64,000 nucleotides of DNA, from positions 868,001 through 932,000 of the forward strand of contig LSRY02000016.1 of NCBI GenBank assembly GCA_001643675.2. Direction: 5' to 3'. Under the pieces are notes generated by a model. It saw nothing but the letters and a program-made list of their open reading frames with translations. It did no database searches and had not been told where the DNA came from. The position numbers and the translations under genes were made by a program. The stretch comes from Monocercomonoides exilis PA203. Its lineage: Eukaryota > Protista > Preaxostyla. Positions within the stretch are counted from its first letter, which is position 1. Every line of letters starts with the position of its first letter. Positions 38,857 through 52,500 of the stretch are shown here, in pieces.

Positions 38857-41800
38857 ATGGAAAATGAGCAATTTTCTCTTATAACTGCAATTAGATTTTT
38901 AAATGATATAATTGAAATCGAAGAGAATACACCAGATTTGGCATCATATATGTCAAATAGCACTCAATCATTATTCTCACAAATTGATGTTTGATTTTAT
39001 TTTTTTGTCTTTGTCTGAAGTCTACAAAATTAATCATGATTTTTTCCAACATTTTGGTGAATCACATCAATTACTTAATAGATTCCACAATTTTCACAAA
39101 AATGTTTTGTTGCTTTTCCGAGTATTCTGAGGGATTCACTAAAATGTTAGCTTTTATTCTATTTCTTTTTGACGAATCATTTGCTTATGATCTAAATTTA
39201 TTTAAATGATTGAACATTACGTATATTATAGCATCAAATACGAAAATTGGTATTTTTCCATCTATTAATCGAATTTGGGCGATTTCTGGAAGAAGATTTT
39301 TTCTGTGGAATTATCTTGATGGGTTTGAGATTTTATATGGTTTACTTTGCACTTTTTCAAAATCTTTGTTATTTTAAGGCAAGATTTTTGCCATTATGAT
39401 CATGTTCACAAACCAATTGTGTTGTGTCACCTAGCTGCACCAAAGCAAAATATCTTCACTGATGATATAAAGTATTGCTTTAAATACTTCCATTTTCACA
39501 AAATGATATTTTTTTTTCTTTGAGGTACGTTATGGTTTTGGTAACCGCAGATAACATCAGAATTTTTGGAGTTTCTTTTTCTGATGGAACAATTGATGGA
39601 GCGATCCAGATAGTCGAAAGTGTGAATCTGAATTATTTTCAATAAAACTCTTCAATTTCGAATGATAATTTATTCACACATATTCACATTTAGCTGATCT
39701 TTCTACATCCACAGACGGAGTTTATTTTCGATCAGTTGGATCGTTGCCGAATGGGAGAATATTCTTTGGAGGTGACGACAACTGCGTTCACGAGCTGCTA
39801 TACCGCAAGCAAAAAGGCTGGATCCGCGGGCGCTGCACACTGAAGAACAGAACGCGTCCGCACTGGAAGGATTACCTGCCGCGGCGACCGTCGCTCCCAT
39901 CGTTTCTGTGGGTGGATGCAGAACGAGAAGGAATCGTGCAGCTGGTTGTGGATCCGCTCCGGCACACGCTGGCAACGCTGGGCAGCCGCGGGACAATCAC
40001 TCTGTACGACCTGGGCGTGTCTGCCTCACCAACTGCATCGACATGCCGGAAGGTGTCTGCGATGCCGCTGAAGAAGCAGATTGAGCGGATGAAGAAGATC
40101 CACTCATCGTCTGACCTGCTGTTGGACTCGCTGCCACCACAGGCGCTGCAGCCTGTCTCACTCCACGTCATCAACCGCTCAGAGAGTCAGGTGTGGGCAC
40201 TCGCTGCCGTCACACGCTGCGGCGTAAGGCTGTTCTTCTCGACGCTGTCGTGGTCGGTGAAGAAGATGCAGATGCTTGAGCTCGATGATGGGACAGGTGC
40301 AGATGCAGGTGGATCAACTGAGTCGCTGATGGCGCGGTATCTGATGAAGCAGCGGATGGAAGGGCTGAGCGACACAGGGAGCATGTTCCCGTCGTATGGC
40401 GCACAAGAACAAGACCGAGGAGGAGGAGGAAAAGGGGCAGGTTCTTCGAGTGTGGTGAACATCTCACCGTTCTCGTCGCTTTCGTCGTATTCGCCTGTAC
40501 TGAGGGAGTATCGCCCTGAGAAGCTGAAGCTGATGCATGCACAGCTGCCTCCGGTGAGGGCACTCTCTGAATATTTCTCGCCAAACATTGCTTCTTCAGC
40601 AGCTGCGTCTGGAATGGAATCTGACCAATCTTCTGCTTCTGCTTCTTCATCCGCTTCTTCCTCTTCTGTTCCTCTCTCTTCCACATACGCACCTCCACAG
40701 TCCTCTCCGCTTCGTCCATATCCCTCTTTAGATCCAGCCATCTCATCATCTCCATACAACCCCAATTATCCTTCTTCTTCCCCTCTTTCTTCTGTCTCCT
40801 CTGAGTACGTTGTGCAGAACGAGACTGTCAACTTCAATGATGTGCGGACTGCCTTCATCTCATCCGGCATTTCTCTTATTTCAGACAAGCGATCGCGCGA
40901 TTCTGATGTTCTGTTTGCGCTGACAACAACACCAATGGCCCAGTCAACTGCAGCAGCTGCTGCTCAAAGCTTCCATTCATTTCCCTTTGTATCTCAGCAG
41001 AATTCTTTCGTTTCTTCCTATCCATCTTCATCTTCTGCTTTTCCACTTCCACCACCACAATCACAATCAAATTCCACACTATCATCCACAACTTCCTCAT
41101 TTCAGCCACAAACATTAGGTTTCTATCCATCCCCCTCCGACTACGGGAGCCATCTCACTCTCCCTTTCGTCCCCTTCCGCCCGCAAGACGACCTCGCCAA
41201 GCGCTTTGGCAAGGCCTCCAGCCTTCCCATGCTCTTATCCTCTTCTGGTCTGCTTCTCAATGAGTCAGCCACAGCCATCCACCCCCCATCTCCAGTGCTT
41301 GCCATTGGAGAGGTGCCCTTGTCTGTGTCACTAGCTGCCACATCTGACCCTGCCATCAGCTGGTTCTTGCTGCTGCGCCCGTGGCTGAGTCTGCCGTCGC
41401 CAGGTATGAGCCGCTTGTCCACGCTGCAGCGTCTGCAGAGGGTGTACGAGGAAACAAAAAGGCAGATGAGATTCCGAACAGAAGTTGGAGCAGCCGGTGG
41501 AGCGCAGGGGAGTGTGGATGTGATGTCGATGTTTCCGAAAGCACGTGTTTCGTTCCAGAACGCGTTTTTGGAGGCGAATGGAGGAAGTGGCAGTGGAGGA
41601 ATGGGAATGAATGGAGGAGCAGGAGGAGGAGCAGGAGGAGGAGGAAGGAGGAGAGAAGAGCTGATGATGATGCGCCGACAAGACAACGAGGATGAAATGC
41701 AAGCGTTTGACGAGGTGTTCTTCACCCCTTCGATGTATTCCCTGTCCGCATATCTTCCGTTCTACTCCTCTCCCACCAGCATCGTCCCTCCTTATCTTCT

Positions 41801-44800
41801 TCCCCAAGCCTCTTCAAAGACTGCCCGTGTATCCATCGTGCGGCAGCTGCTGAATGCGTCTTCAGTGACACATCTTGTCTCTCAGATGCCCCACCCACCC
41901 CGAGCAATCGACCATCTCACACAGCACTTGCTTCCCCAGAGGATGCTGTTTGCACTCACTGGGCAAGGAATATGCATCCTTACATGCGCCAGGCCGATGG
42001 ACAATGTTGCTGCTTTGCTCAATCGCATTGCTGATTCACAACAAAAACTGCAGTCGCAATCGCAGGCAGCTGGTCAGATACTTCCTCCACAACAACAACA
42101 ACAGCTGCGTCAACAAGGAATGTTTACGAGACAAGACAATTCGCTTTCTCTTTTGCAATCAACCTCTTCTTCTTCCAATCCGAATTCGAATTCCAATTCC
42201 TTGTCTGTTGACTCACTGCGCAGTGCCACCAACTCGTATGGTCCGTCTGAAGTGTGCCACATGATTCTCCGCTTGCTCTGCTCTCCACAGCCGCTGGCAT
42301 CAACCGCCCCTGCTTCTCTTCCTCCGCCACCTCCTCCACCTCATCTGCTGTCGTTGATGTCAGTACAGGAACAGCTGAATGGAGGAAGTGATGGTTCAGA
42401 CATTGGGGGTGAGGAAAGATATGGCAGAGAAGCGATGGATGAGAGGGAGAGGCAAAGAGAAAGTGAGATGCAGAGGAAGATGATGGGTCAGTCGTCGCAG
42501 TTTGGAACGAGGCATTTTGGCGGCTTGGGGGCGAAGGAGCACAAGAGACGGTCGCTTTTGCTGGCACCTTCTTCATATTCAAACAAGTTTTCATATTCTT
42601 CTTCTTCTTCTTCTCCATTCTCTTCATCATCTTCTTCTTTCTCATCCAAAGACAGACATTCATCATCATTTCACCAAGGAAACTTCAATCAAAGCATTTC
42701 TTCATATTCTTCTTCTTCCTCCTCTCCTTCTTCTTCATTCCCACCTCAATCACTTGCCATCCGCACTGAACCTATCGTCCTCTCCTGCCTCGATCCAATC
42801 GTCTCTTCTTCTCCTTCTTTGACTTCAGCTACTGCCTCCTCCCTCTGCCTCAAGGCATTCATGCTTCTGGGTTCTTCTTTCTCCTCTTCGCTCCTCACCC
42901 TTTTGGATCCTCATTCTCCTCCTCCTCCTCCCCCCGGTGCTCCCTTCACTCCCTCCTCAGCCAATTTCCCTGCTGCTTTGCTTATGCATTCCGTCAGCCC
43001 TGCCTCTCTTCTGTGGAACAATTCGTATGTCGCTGACTTGACTCATTCTGTGATTGCGACGAGGTACTTTTCGGCTGCTCACAACGCGCTGTTTTTGTAT
43101 CTGGCGCGGTCAATTGCACCCCTCTGGAACATGCCATTGATGCTGTTTATGGTGGCACCTTCTTCTTCTTCTTCTGGTTATTCATCTGGAGTTGGAGATG
43201 AGAATAAAAGAAAAAGTGGGGTTAATAGAGAAAGAAATGTGTTTGGTGGATATAATCAAGAAGGAGAAAAAGAACGAGAAGGAAAAAAAGGTGAAGGAGA
43301 TGATGAAGAAGAAGAAGAAAAGAAGAGGAAGCGAAAGGAAGCGAAAGCACAAGAAAGGAAGTGGAACAAAAGAGGAAGTGTGGATGCGATTCTTTCATTG
43401 CTTTCGTGGGGAACAGAACTTGAACAACTGGATTCGACACTGAAGGAGAAAGACATGTTGAACTATCCAAATGTGTTTGGGAATGAGGTGAATGACAAAG
43501 AGGAAGGGAAAATTTTGTCGTTGAGATCGATTTTGAAGAGGAAAAGAGACGAAAATGAGTTGGACGGAGGGTTTGGGGAAGGGGAAGATGAAGATGAAGA
43601 AGGAGAGGAAGGAGAAGGAGAAGGAGAGGAAGATGATTGGGATGATGTGATTGGAGAAGACAGCTGGCTGTGGAAGGATTCAGACGAAGAAGACAACGAA
43701 AACGATGGCGTTGATGGCAATGAATCAAAAGAAAGGAAAGAAAAAGGAATAAATGCCAATGGCAGAAAAGAGAAACGAAAGAGGAAGAATGGCAAAGAGG
43801 AGATGTCTATGTTTTCGACAGGAAGTGAAAAGCGACGCAGAATAAATGAAACTGAATATGAAGCTATTGAGAACGAGGCAAGCAAGAACGAAAGGGCAAA
43901 GCAGAAGGAGCTGCAGGAGCTGGACGAGATCGTTCAGAGCGAAGAGGCGAAGAAAGCGAAGAAAGAGGCAAAAAGGCGGATGAGGTTGCTGAGGCAGCAA
44001 ATGATACGAGAACAGATCCGCACAGCCGACCTGCCGTCTTCCTCGCCCATTGGCTCGCTGCCTCCTGCTTCTCTTGTCTCGTTCCTGCCTCCGTCTTCAC
44101 TTGGATACCAGAATGGATTTGATGGAGGAATCGGAAGAGCAGGAAGAGCAGGAGGAATAAGAGGAAGTGAAAGAGGAGGGAACTTGCCAAACAGCTTGTC
44201 AAATGTGCAGCATTCAGACGATGTCTTCCACAGCTTCCTGGGCATCAGCGGATCAGGTGCTGAATCTTCATCCTTTAACAATTCTTACCCAAGCTCTTCT
44301 TCTTCAAACCCATTTGCCAATTCTCGTTGCTTCTCTTCTTCTTCCTCTTCTTCATTCTCTTCATCTTCTTCTGGTTTGTCTTCCATGTTCTCTATCTCTG
44401 ACGAGTCATCTGCGTCTGTCCCTGTCACGGTCACTCTTCTTGTTGAGCCTGCTCTGTTAGCATCGCTCGCGCAGCCACTTGCTGCTTTGCTGTATTTGAT
44501 ATCAGGACAGAGGAGGTTTGCTTCGTATCTGTTTGCGTGCAATGGAGAGAAAGATGAACAAAATGCGAATTCTTCTTCTTCTTCATCGTCTTCTTCTTCT
44601 TCTTCTTCAGCTTCTTCTTCCTCTTCTTCCTCATATTCAAATTCACATGCATACAACAAACGAAGAAGAAACTGCTTTTCTTCTGCTTTTTCATTCCTTT
44701 CACCGAATTTCATGTCTTCTTCCTCTTCTTTTTATGCTCCCTCAACAACAACATCATCATCATCGTCTTCTTCTTCTTCCTCCTCATCCTCTTCTTCCTC

Positions 44801-47800
44801 TTCCTCTCCTTCTCCAATTTCATACACCTACACCGAGCAAGACTCCCTCTGCGCTTTCTACTCCATCCTCTCCCGCTGCTACGAAGGTATTCTTCTTGTT
44901 CTCCTTCTTTCTGAGCTGAACATCCTAACCACATCTGAATCACCCAAGCAGTTAACTCTTTCTCTTCCTGTCTCTTGCCTCAGGCACCCTTCAAGCATGC
45001 CTTTCCACACACACACATCGCTTGCTTATCCTCTCCCGGCTGCCACTCTGTTTTCTCCCACACCTTCTTCTTCTTCCTCTTCCTCTTCCTCTTCTTCTTC
45101 TTCCTCTTCCTCTTTTTATAGCAGACTGAATGTGAATGCTTATTATCTCACTTTTCGAGATCTTATTGCAACATCAGCAGGAGCAGCAGTTGCACAGTCG
45201 CTGATCATATCTTCACTCATGCGTGTCTTCCAAGCTCCTCAAGGCAATTCAAGCTTCAATTCTTCTTTGTCTTCTTCCTCTTCTTCCTCTTCTTTCTCTT
45301 CCTTCTCTTCTGATGATCACGACAGCACCCCACTTGAGACAGCAGATACGCTGAGCACCTCCTTCACTCGCTTCTGCCCATCCTTCTTCCCACCAGGCGA
45401 TGTGAAGCTCTGCCACACCCTCTCTTTCCTTCAGATGGTTGCACAGGGCCAGCTGAGGGAGAGCGAGCAAAGAAGAGAGAAAGAGCAGAACATGCTGAAA
45501 TGGAATGCGAATGGTGATGTGTTCTGCAAACAGAACGGAACACAGCAGGAAGAGGAGATAACACTACAGGACGCAGAAGCTGCTGTTCAGATGGTTGCCA
45601 GCCAATTCCAATCGAAAGAGCAACAAATGCAACAATTACAACAAGGCAAACAAGAACAAAGCAAACATAACAGTCAGCAACATCATCAGAATGATTCATT
45701 GAATTCTTCATTTGATGCACAAAGCGCTGAGCCGTTGTTCCGCCGACGTGCTCCTGCCAGTGGAAGATTTCTGGTCTCTTCTCGCAACACAAACGATGCT
45801 CCAAAACGCGTCTTCTTTGACGAGCCAGCAACTGAAGAAGGAGAAGAATCAACAACAAAGGCATCATCTTTCTCCTCCTCCTCATCATCTTCATCTTCAT
45901 CTGCTACCAATTCTTTTTCTTCTTCTTCTGGTTATCAATCCACACAAAGCTCTGATCTCCTCCTGTTACTCCCATCCCACAAGCCTGACATGTACACAAG
46001 CAGCAGGAAGTTCCCAATGGATGCTGTAGAGCGCTTTGTGAAGCAGTCTTCTCCTCAGATGTTTATAAACAGACAAGCCAGAGCGATTCTGCTGGCAGCG
46101 TGTGTGCATCTCCTGCGTGAGTGTGCCCGCTCTGTCTCTCTCTCATTCTTCTGCCCTCTCTTCTGTGCGCTTTCTTTTCCCACAGCTTGCATTCCGCTGG
46201 TTGATGCGAAGATCAAACTGGCTGATCCGAATGAGCTGGCTCTGAAATGGCACAAGAACAAGTGCCCTTCATCGGATGTGGCGGGGGCTGAGGCATTCAG
46301 AAGAGTGAGGGATCTGCACTGGTGGGTGACATATGGCATGGAGTCCGCGCTGTCGCACAAGGAAGCGATGCAGGAGAGGCAGATCGAGATGGAGAGAGGG
46401 AAGGCGAAGATGAAGACTATGACGATGATGGCTGGGAGGGGAATGCAAAATAGAAGTGATACTGAGATTGGCTCAAACACATTGCAACAACAGCAGCTGC
46501 AACAGCAAGCAGCTTCGGCTTCAGCTTTGTCCAGCCAGATCCAGTCATCCGCCGAGCTTTTGAAATCCACCGACATTTTCCAGCATCTTCTGAAGCGGGA
46601 CGACCAGCTGATGCATCTTTCTGTGTACCGCTGGGCTGCCTCGCGTGGCTTCCTCCGCTCTGTCCTTGTCGGCTTGGACTCTCCTTTCATTGTGGAGTTC
46701 CTGTGCTCTGCCGACTGCGGCGACCAGGACGCGCTGTGGGAGCACTATCTGAGGAGAGGAGAGTCTGAAAAGGCGGCGGCGGAGCTGATGCGGCTGGCGG
46801 CAGACAGCAAAACGCGGCTGAACAGCGACTCGATGGCACATTTGTCGCAGGCATCGGGCTCTGTTTTGGCAGCAAAGGACGAATTTGCATCGACTGGAAA
46901 TAATCTTCTGGCACTGCGTGTGAAGTACATCACACTTGCAGCTGGCTGTCTTTCTGCTGCTTCAAACACGTCCATCTCAAAATTGCAGGACTTGAGGGCG
47001 CGTGTGAGTGTGGCGCATCTGCAGCAGACTCTGCGGCAGGAAGTCGAAGAAGAGCTGCGAGCAATGGCAGACACCCAACAACACACAGCATTGGAGCCAT
47101 TGCTCACCACAGCACTGACAAAACTCGACTCCCAGTTGTACGACTCAACCGAGCTCTTCACACAGTTTGCGGTTCCTCTATCGCTGTGCTGCTCTGTTTT
47201 GCTGCTTATGCAGAACGCTGGGCAGCTCAGCCAGGAGCTGATACAGGCGACGTGGGACGCTGTCCTTGAGAAGGAGATCAGCAGAGCACCTTCATTGATG
47301 CATGTGGCACCAAATGTGTCGGCAAGGATCATTCAGATCGGGTCGATCCTGTCGGCAAACGCATCATCGCTTTCTTCAGCTTCTTCAGGACAGTCGCTTT
47401 CGGCTGCTTCGGGATTTGCTCCTTCTCCTTCTCCTTCTCCTGCTACTTCTGCTGCTGCATTCACTTCATCCTCTTCTTCCTCTTCATCATCATCATCTGC
47501 TTCTTCTTCCTCTTCCTCTTCACTCCCGTCTGTTCTATTCCCTGTGTTCCATTTGCTCGACCGTCTTGAGCGCATCTCTCTGCGCCTGTCTCAACAAGGC
47601 GTTGCTCTTCTGTCTGCCACCTGGGCAGCTGATGCACTGATCAGAACAGGAGTAACCAAAGAGGAGGTTTTGCTGTCACTTCGCAATCTGCTTGCAAATG
47701 GCGATGCAGCGCTGAAGGAGCTGCAGGGTGTGAGGGAGCCTGCGGGCTCGCTGGCATTCTGGGGGCAGCCGATTCCGCGCAAGCATCTGCTGAGTCTTGT

Positions 47801-47840
47801 GGCACTGCTCTCGGAAGAGAATGTTCCACAGGCTCTTTAG
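38857..47840 (+). CDS. NUP155: nucleoporin Nup155/Nup170 with large low-complexity insertions (~2873 aa)
   Basis: Exons 38857-38988, 39082-39145, 39232-39322, 39379-39471, 39525-39619 and 39694-47840 join in frame. Motifs: GIFPSINRIWAI...FLWNY, NGRIFFGG...ELLY...GWI..RC, LAAVTRCGVRLFF, RYFSAAHNALFLYLARSIAPLW, DQLMHLSVYRW, SPFIVEFL, ELFTQFAVP. Confidence 0.88.
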
Positions 47841-48278
47841 AAAAGAAAAGAAAATTAAGAAAATAATTAAAAAAATAAAAAAGGAATTAAATTTATTTCA
47901 CTTCACAGAATTATTTGATAAGAAAATGCAATTCACTAAATTAGAATATTATTTTTTTTCATGGAAAAAGTTAAATATAAAAAAAAGATAAATTTAATGA
48001 TTGGGCTCCTTGATGAATTTTGTTGCTTTACAAAATTTTTGAGTGAGATGGAAGAACACAAACGGAACACCATAAAATAAAAATTATAAAAATTACTAAA
48101 ATGTTTTTTCATTCAAGAAGAAGAGGAGAAGGAGGATGAAGAAGATGGAGAAGAAGGGGAAAAAAAAAATAAAAATAAACACAAAAGCAACAATAAAAAG
48201 AGACGAATGGAAACACAATTACTTTAAATATGTGAGAGTGTGAAATGTATAAGAAATGGAAGAAGGAAGGAGTTATCT

Positions 48279-49484
48279 TCACAAGAACTCCTTCAACAAG
48301 AGAGATAAACTGAGGAAGATGTACAGATACGCAAACCAACGACGAATGGACCAGCGTTTTGATGCCTATTTTTGAAGATAAAACGAAAAATTTTGTGCAA
48401 AAAAATGTTTTTTTTTATTTTTGAAAAAGAAAATTGTAAATAGAAGTCGAAAATAAGAAATATAAAGCAACAAATAAGGAATAAATAACTGAAAATTAAT
48501 AAATTGTTTCAAACCTTTTTTATGAATCTTGTTCCATCTTTCACTAAATCTTGTGATGTGTCTGTCAAATATGATATCAAATCAGTTTTTTCTTTCTGTT
48601 CCACGATCTGAGTCAGCAAAATCTGCGACAGCTCACTAATCTCTTGTGCAGTTTGTGCTGTTTTCCTATTTAAAAAATACATCAATTCACATAATATAAT
48701 CAATCTCAAATACTTTTGGAAAAAAAATTACATACTGGACAATTTCAAGATGGTTATAAAGTTCATGTGCAACAAGTTCATTTTCAGCCATCAAATCATT
48801 CATTGAAGTTGAAGAAGGAAGGTCATCATCATACGAATACGAAGACCCTCTTTGCTCTTTCGGTTTTGGTTTCAACTTTTGTTCTGGTGGACGAGTAACA
48901 AGCTTCGGAGGTGCTTTCAACGCATATTTCTTTTTTCCTTCTTGTGCAACAATCGGTTCAAATCGAAAAGCAGCTTGTCTTTTTCTATCAACGTTTGTTC
49001 TAGCTTTTATAAGCGAATCGAGCATGTTCACTGAATCGCTCAGGTAATCAAGGAGATAACTGGTGATTTCAGAACGAAATGTTACAATATCAATAAAAAC
49101 ACTCATCTCATCAAGCTTGTCTTTTTTTGTTTTGAATATTGAAAATATCACTTTGCCTCTTGTTTTATCAACAAAATCTGCTAAATCAGAATTAAGCTTG
49201 TCAATTCTGATTTTCATATCACGGAAAAATTCCTTCCATTTCAGCGCAAACAAATCTCGATCTCTTTCTTCCATGGGCTGAATAAATCCAGTTGGAAATG
49301 AATACACATTTACAAAAGAAGCAGCATTGCTAAGAATAATTCCTCTTTTGAAACGGATTTCATCAAAAATCTTAACAGCTTCTTCCATGAAAGTATCTGC
49401 TTCAACAATTCGTGGACTAGGTTCTGATATTTCGACTTTAGGATGCTTTGCGCATATTTCTTTAAATAATTGTGTTCGATCCAT
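48279..49484 (-). CDS. STX18: syntaxin-18/Ufe1/SYP81 ER Qa-SNARE
   Basis: N-terminal MDRTQLFK, FMEEAVKI and MEERDRD motifs. SNARE coil EISELSQILLTQIVEQ. Two inferred introns lead to a C-terminal TM anchor WFAYLYIFLSLSLLLKEFL*. Confidence 0.8.
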
Positions 49485-49599
49485 TTAAAAAAACGATAAA
49501 ACAAATTCGATATAGATCGTTTTACCATAAGCGTAATTATTAATTCACCCACAATAAAGTTGTCATTACAAAAGAATTAATAATTTGAAATCTGCTGTT
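49485..49599. promoter_or_regulatory. putative bidirectional promoter (STX18 / COG8)
   Basis: 115-bp gap between divergent ATGs. Confidence 0.5.
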
Positions 49600-52500
49600 A
49601 TGACTTCTCACAAGCCTTCATATAATGAAATTCTGAGTACACCTTATAATGTACTACCAGAGAAATTGGAAGAGCTGAATTCAAGGACAAATTTCCTTAC
49701 GCAGCAACTTCGACAAATAACTTTGTCAAATTGCGATTTATTTATGAGAATGGATTCAACTATTTCGGATGTTCAACAGCAAGTTTCTTCAATAAAATTT
49801 TCTTCCGAAAAATTTACAGGAATATTAAATAATCTGAAAAGTCTGAAGAAGACTTCGGAAGATATATCAAAAAAAGATAGTAATTTATCTACAAATGAAA
49901 TCTTAAATATGCTCAATCACTCTCACGAAACTTCTTTGATTTTATCGATTCCAAGTAAATTGAAAAGCTATATCAAACAAGAACAATGGGATAACGCTCT
50001 TTCTCTTATTGCAGTTCTTCCAGATTTACAGAAGAAATTAGCAGCACAACAATGTCTCCAACCCCTCATCAAACAGTGCAATGAAATTGCCGAAGATTTT
50101 AATTCGATATTGTTGAGTAAACTGTCTTTTCCAATGAAAGAGAATTCAAGTAAAGGAGAAGCTTTATCACGATCTTCTCTTTCACAGACATTAAAGATCA
50201 TCACTGTTTTAAGGAAGTTAAAAAGAAGTTCTGAAGAGATAATTTCCTCTGCATATTTAAGTGGGCAGACAACTTTTATTGCGAATTCAATCGCTCAATT
50301 ACTGAGAATTGGCCCTCCTCAAGTTACCTCTCAAAAATCAAGCACATCACTATCATCATCTCCTTCAACTTCAAATGTACAATTCAATGGAACAATTTCT
50401 TCTTTTCAGTCAATTATACCTTCACTTTGCAATGCGGTGAATAGCATAGTTGAGCAGACTTTGGAGCAGCATTCAATTCTGTTTGCAGAAAGAGCAAGAA
50501 ACGAGAAAAAACAAGCAATAAATCATTTTCGTGAGTCTTATGAATTAAACAGAGAAAACGAAAGCAAAAGCAATTACACTTCAGCAATTGGTGTTAAAAG
50601 CTCTCTTTTTTATCCAGATCACTTCAATTTTGGCGTTCCATTGAAAAACAACAAAACCAGTCAAACCTCGTCTTCTAAAGCCCAATCGAATAAATCAGCC
50701 ACATTAAATTCAGCTGCTTCTCTGCTGGAACAAACAGAGCAATCGCTATTGTCCGAATTGCAGTCACAAAGCAACCCAGAATGCATATTAGAACTTCTTC
50801 CTCAGCCAAAAAAATTACAAAATCCAGAAACATCACAATTTTCTTCAGAAAATATAACTTCTCCTTCGTTTTCAGTCATTTCTCGTTCACAGGCTGTTGA
50901 ATCGCCATCGCAGCAGGCCAAAAAATGGGCGGTGGCACAAAAAGAACAGCTGATTCTTTTGCTGATTCACATTCTTCATCCACTTCTGCTATTTGCATCT
51001 TCTCAAAAGAATAAGAGTCATCCACAATCGGCTTCATCATCATCATCATCTTCTTCTTCTTCTCCTACATCCGCTTCTTCTTCTTCCTCTTCCCCATCCT
51101 CTTCTTTTTCCCCTCCTTCTTCTGCCTCAACTTCTGCTTCCTCCTCCTCTTCTTCCTCTTCCTTTTCCTCTTCCACTTCTTCTGATGAAGTGCAACTTTC
51201 TTCTTTAACATCCAAGCAAGTTATCACAGACATGTTCAGCAGATATGGAAATGCAATCTTCAACTACATAAACGACGACTCTAATCACCTCACTTCTTCT
51301 TCTCCTCAAACATCTTCTTCCCCTTCCTCTTCTTCTTTCTCTTCTTTCTCTCTTTCATCATCATTGTCATCATCATCATCATCATCATCATCATTATCTT
51401 CTTCTTCTTCTTCTTCTTCTTCTTCTTCTTCTTCTTCTTCTTCTTCTTCTTCTTCTTCTTCTTTTCCCTCTTCTTCTTCCACTTCCACTTCTCATTCATC
51501 TCCTTATGACCGCATCATCATCCCTCTCTCAATGCTGTGTGCTTCTTCTTCTCCTCTTTCTCATCCATTTTCCTGGTTTTCCTCGCTTCTTGCTTCTCCT
51601 CCTCATCGCAGCCCACTTCGCTTTCATCTTCCTTCTTCTCTTTCTTCTTCATCTTCTACTTCTATTTCTTCTTCCACGTCATTTAGCTCTTCTTCTATTG
51701 GAATAAGTTCATCATCATCCTCTTCTTCATCATCGTCTTCCTTTTCTTCTTCTTCAATCAATCTTTCATTGCTATCTTCTATTGATCCTTCTGCTTCTTC
51801 CCTTGTAATTCTTGTTACTCGCCCTTCCTTAACATCATCATCTTCTTCTTCTTCCTCCTCCTCCTCTTCTTCTTCTTCCAATTCGATTTCTCTTCTTTCC
51901 ACTCTTTTCTCGCCAAGCGCCTTGTTTTCAATGTGTTCCTCTTCTTTGCCTTCTCATCTCTCATTCTCTTTGCTAACTTCACTTGTGAAGGGAATAAATT
52001 CTGTACATTTCCGTTCATTTCCATTAACGTCAAATTCTTCTCCTTCTTCTTCTTCTTCTTCCCTCTCCTCTTTCTCTGCCAGCTCCTTCTCTTCTTCTCC
52101 TTTTCTTCCCTTCTGCAAAATTTCTCTTATCCAACTTTTCGACGTGTTTCTTTCGTCTGCGCTGATCCGCCTCAACCGCTCGCTTCTTTCGTTTGATTGG
52201 GGCTCTCCTTTGCTCAAAACATCATCTTCTTCTTCTTCTTCCATTTCTTCTTCCTCCTCCTCCTCCTCTTCTTCTTCTTCTTTTGATTCAACACAACAAA
52301 ATGATAACTTTGATGAAGCAGATTACAATCACAATAGCAATAACAGCAATAACAGCAATAACAATAGCACAGAAGAGTCAGATGTTCGCTCTTCTCTTTT
52401 TTCTCTTCCTCCTCTTCTTCTGCTCTCGCAAATATTCTGTCTGTTTTTTGACGATCTTACTCATTTCTTCAATAAGCTCTTTTCATCATCATCTTCCTCT

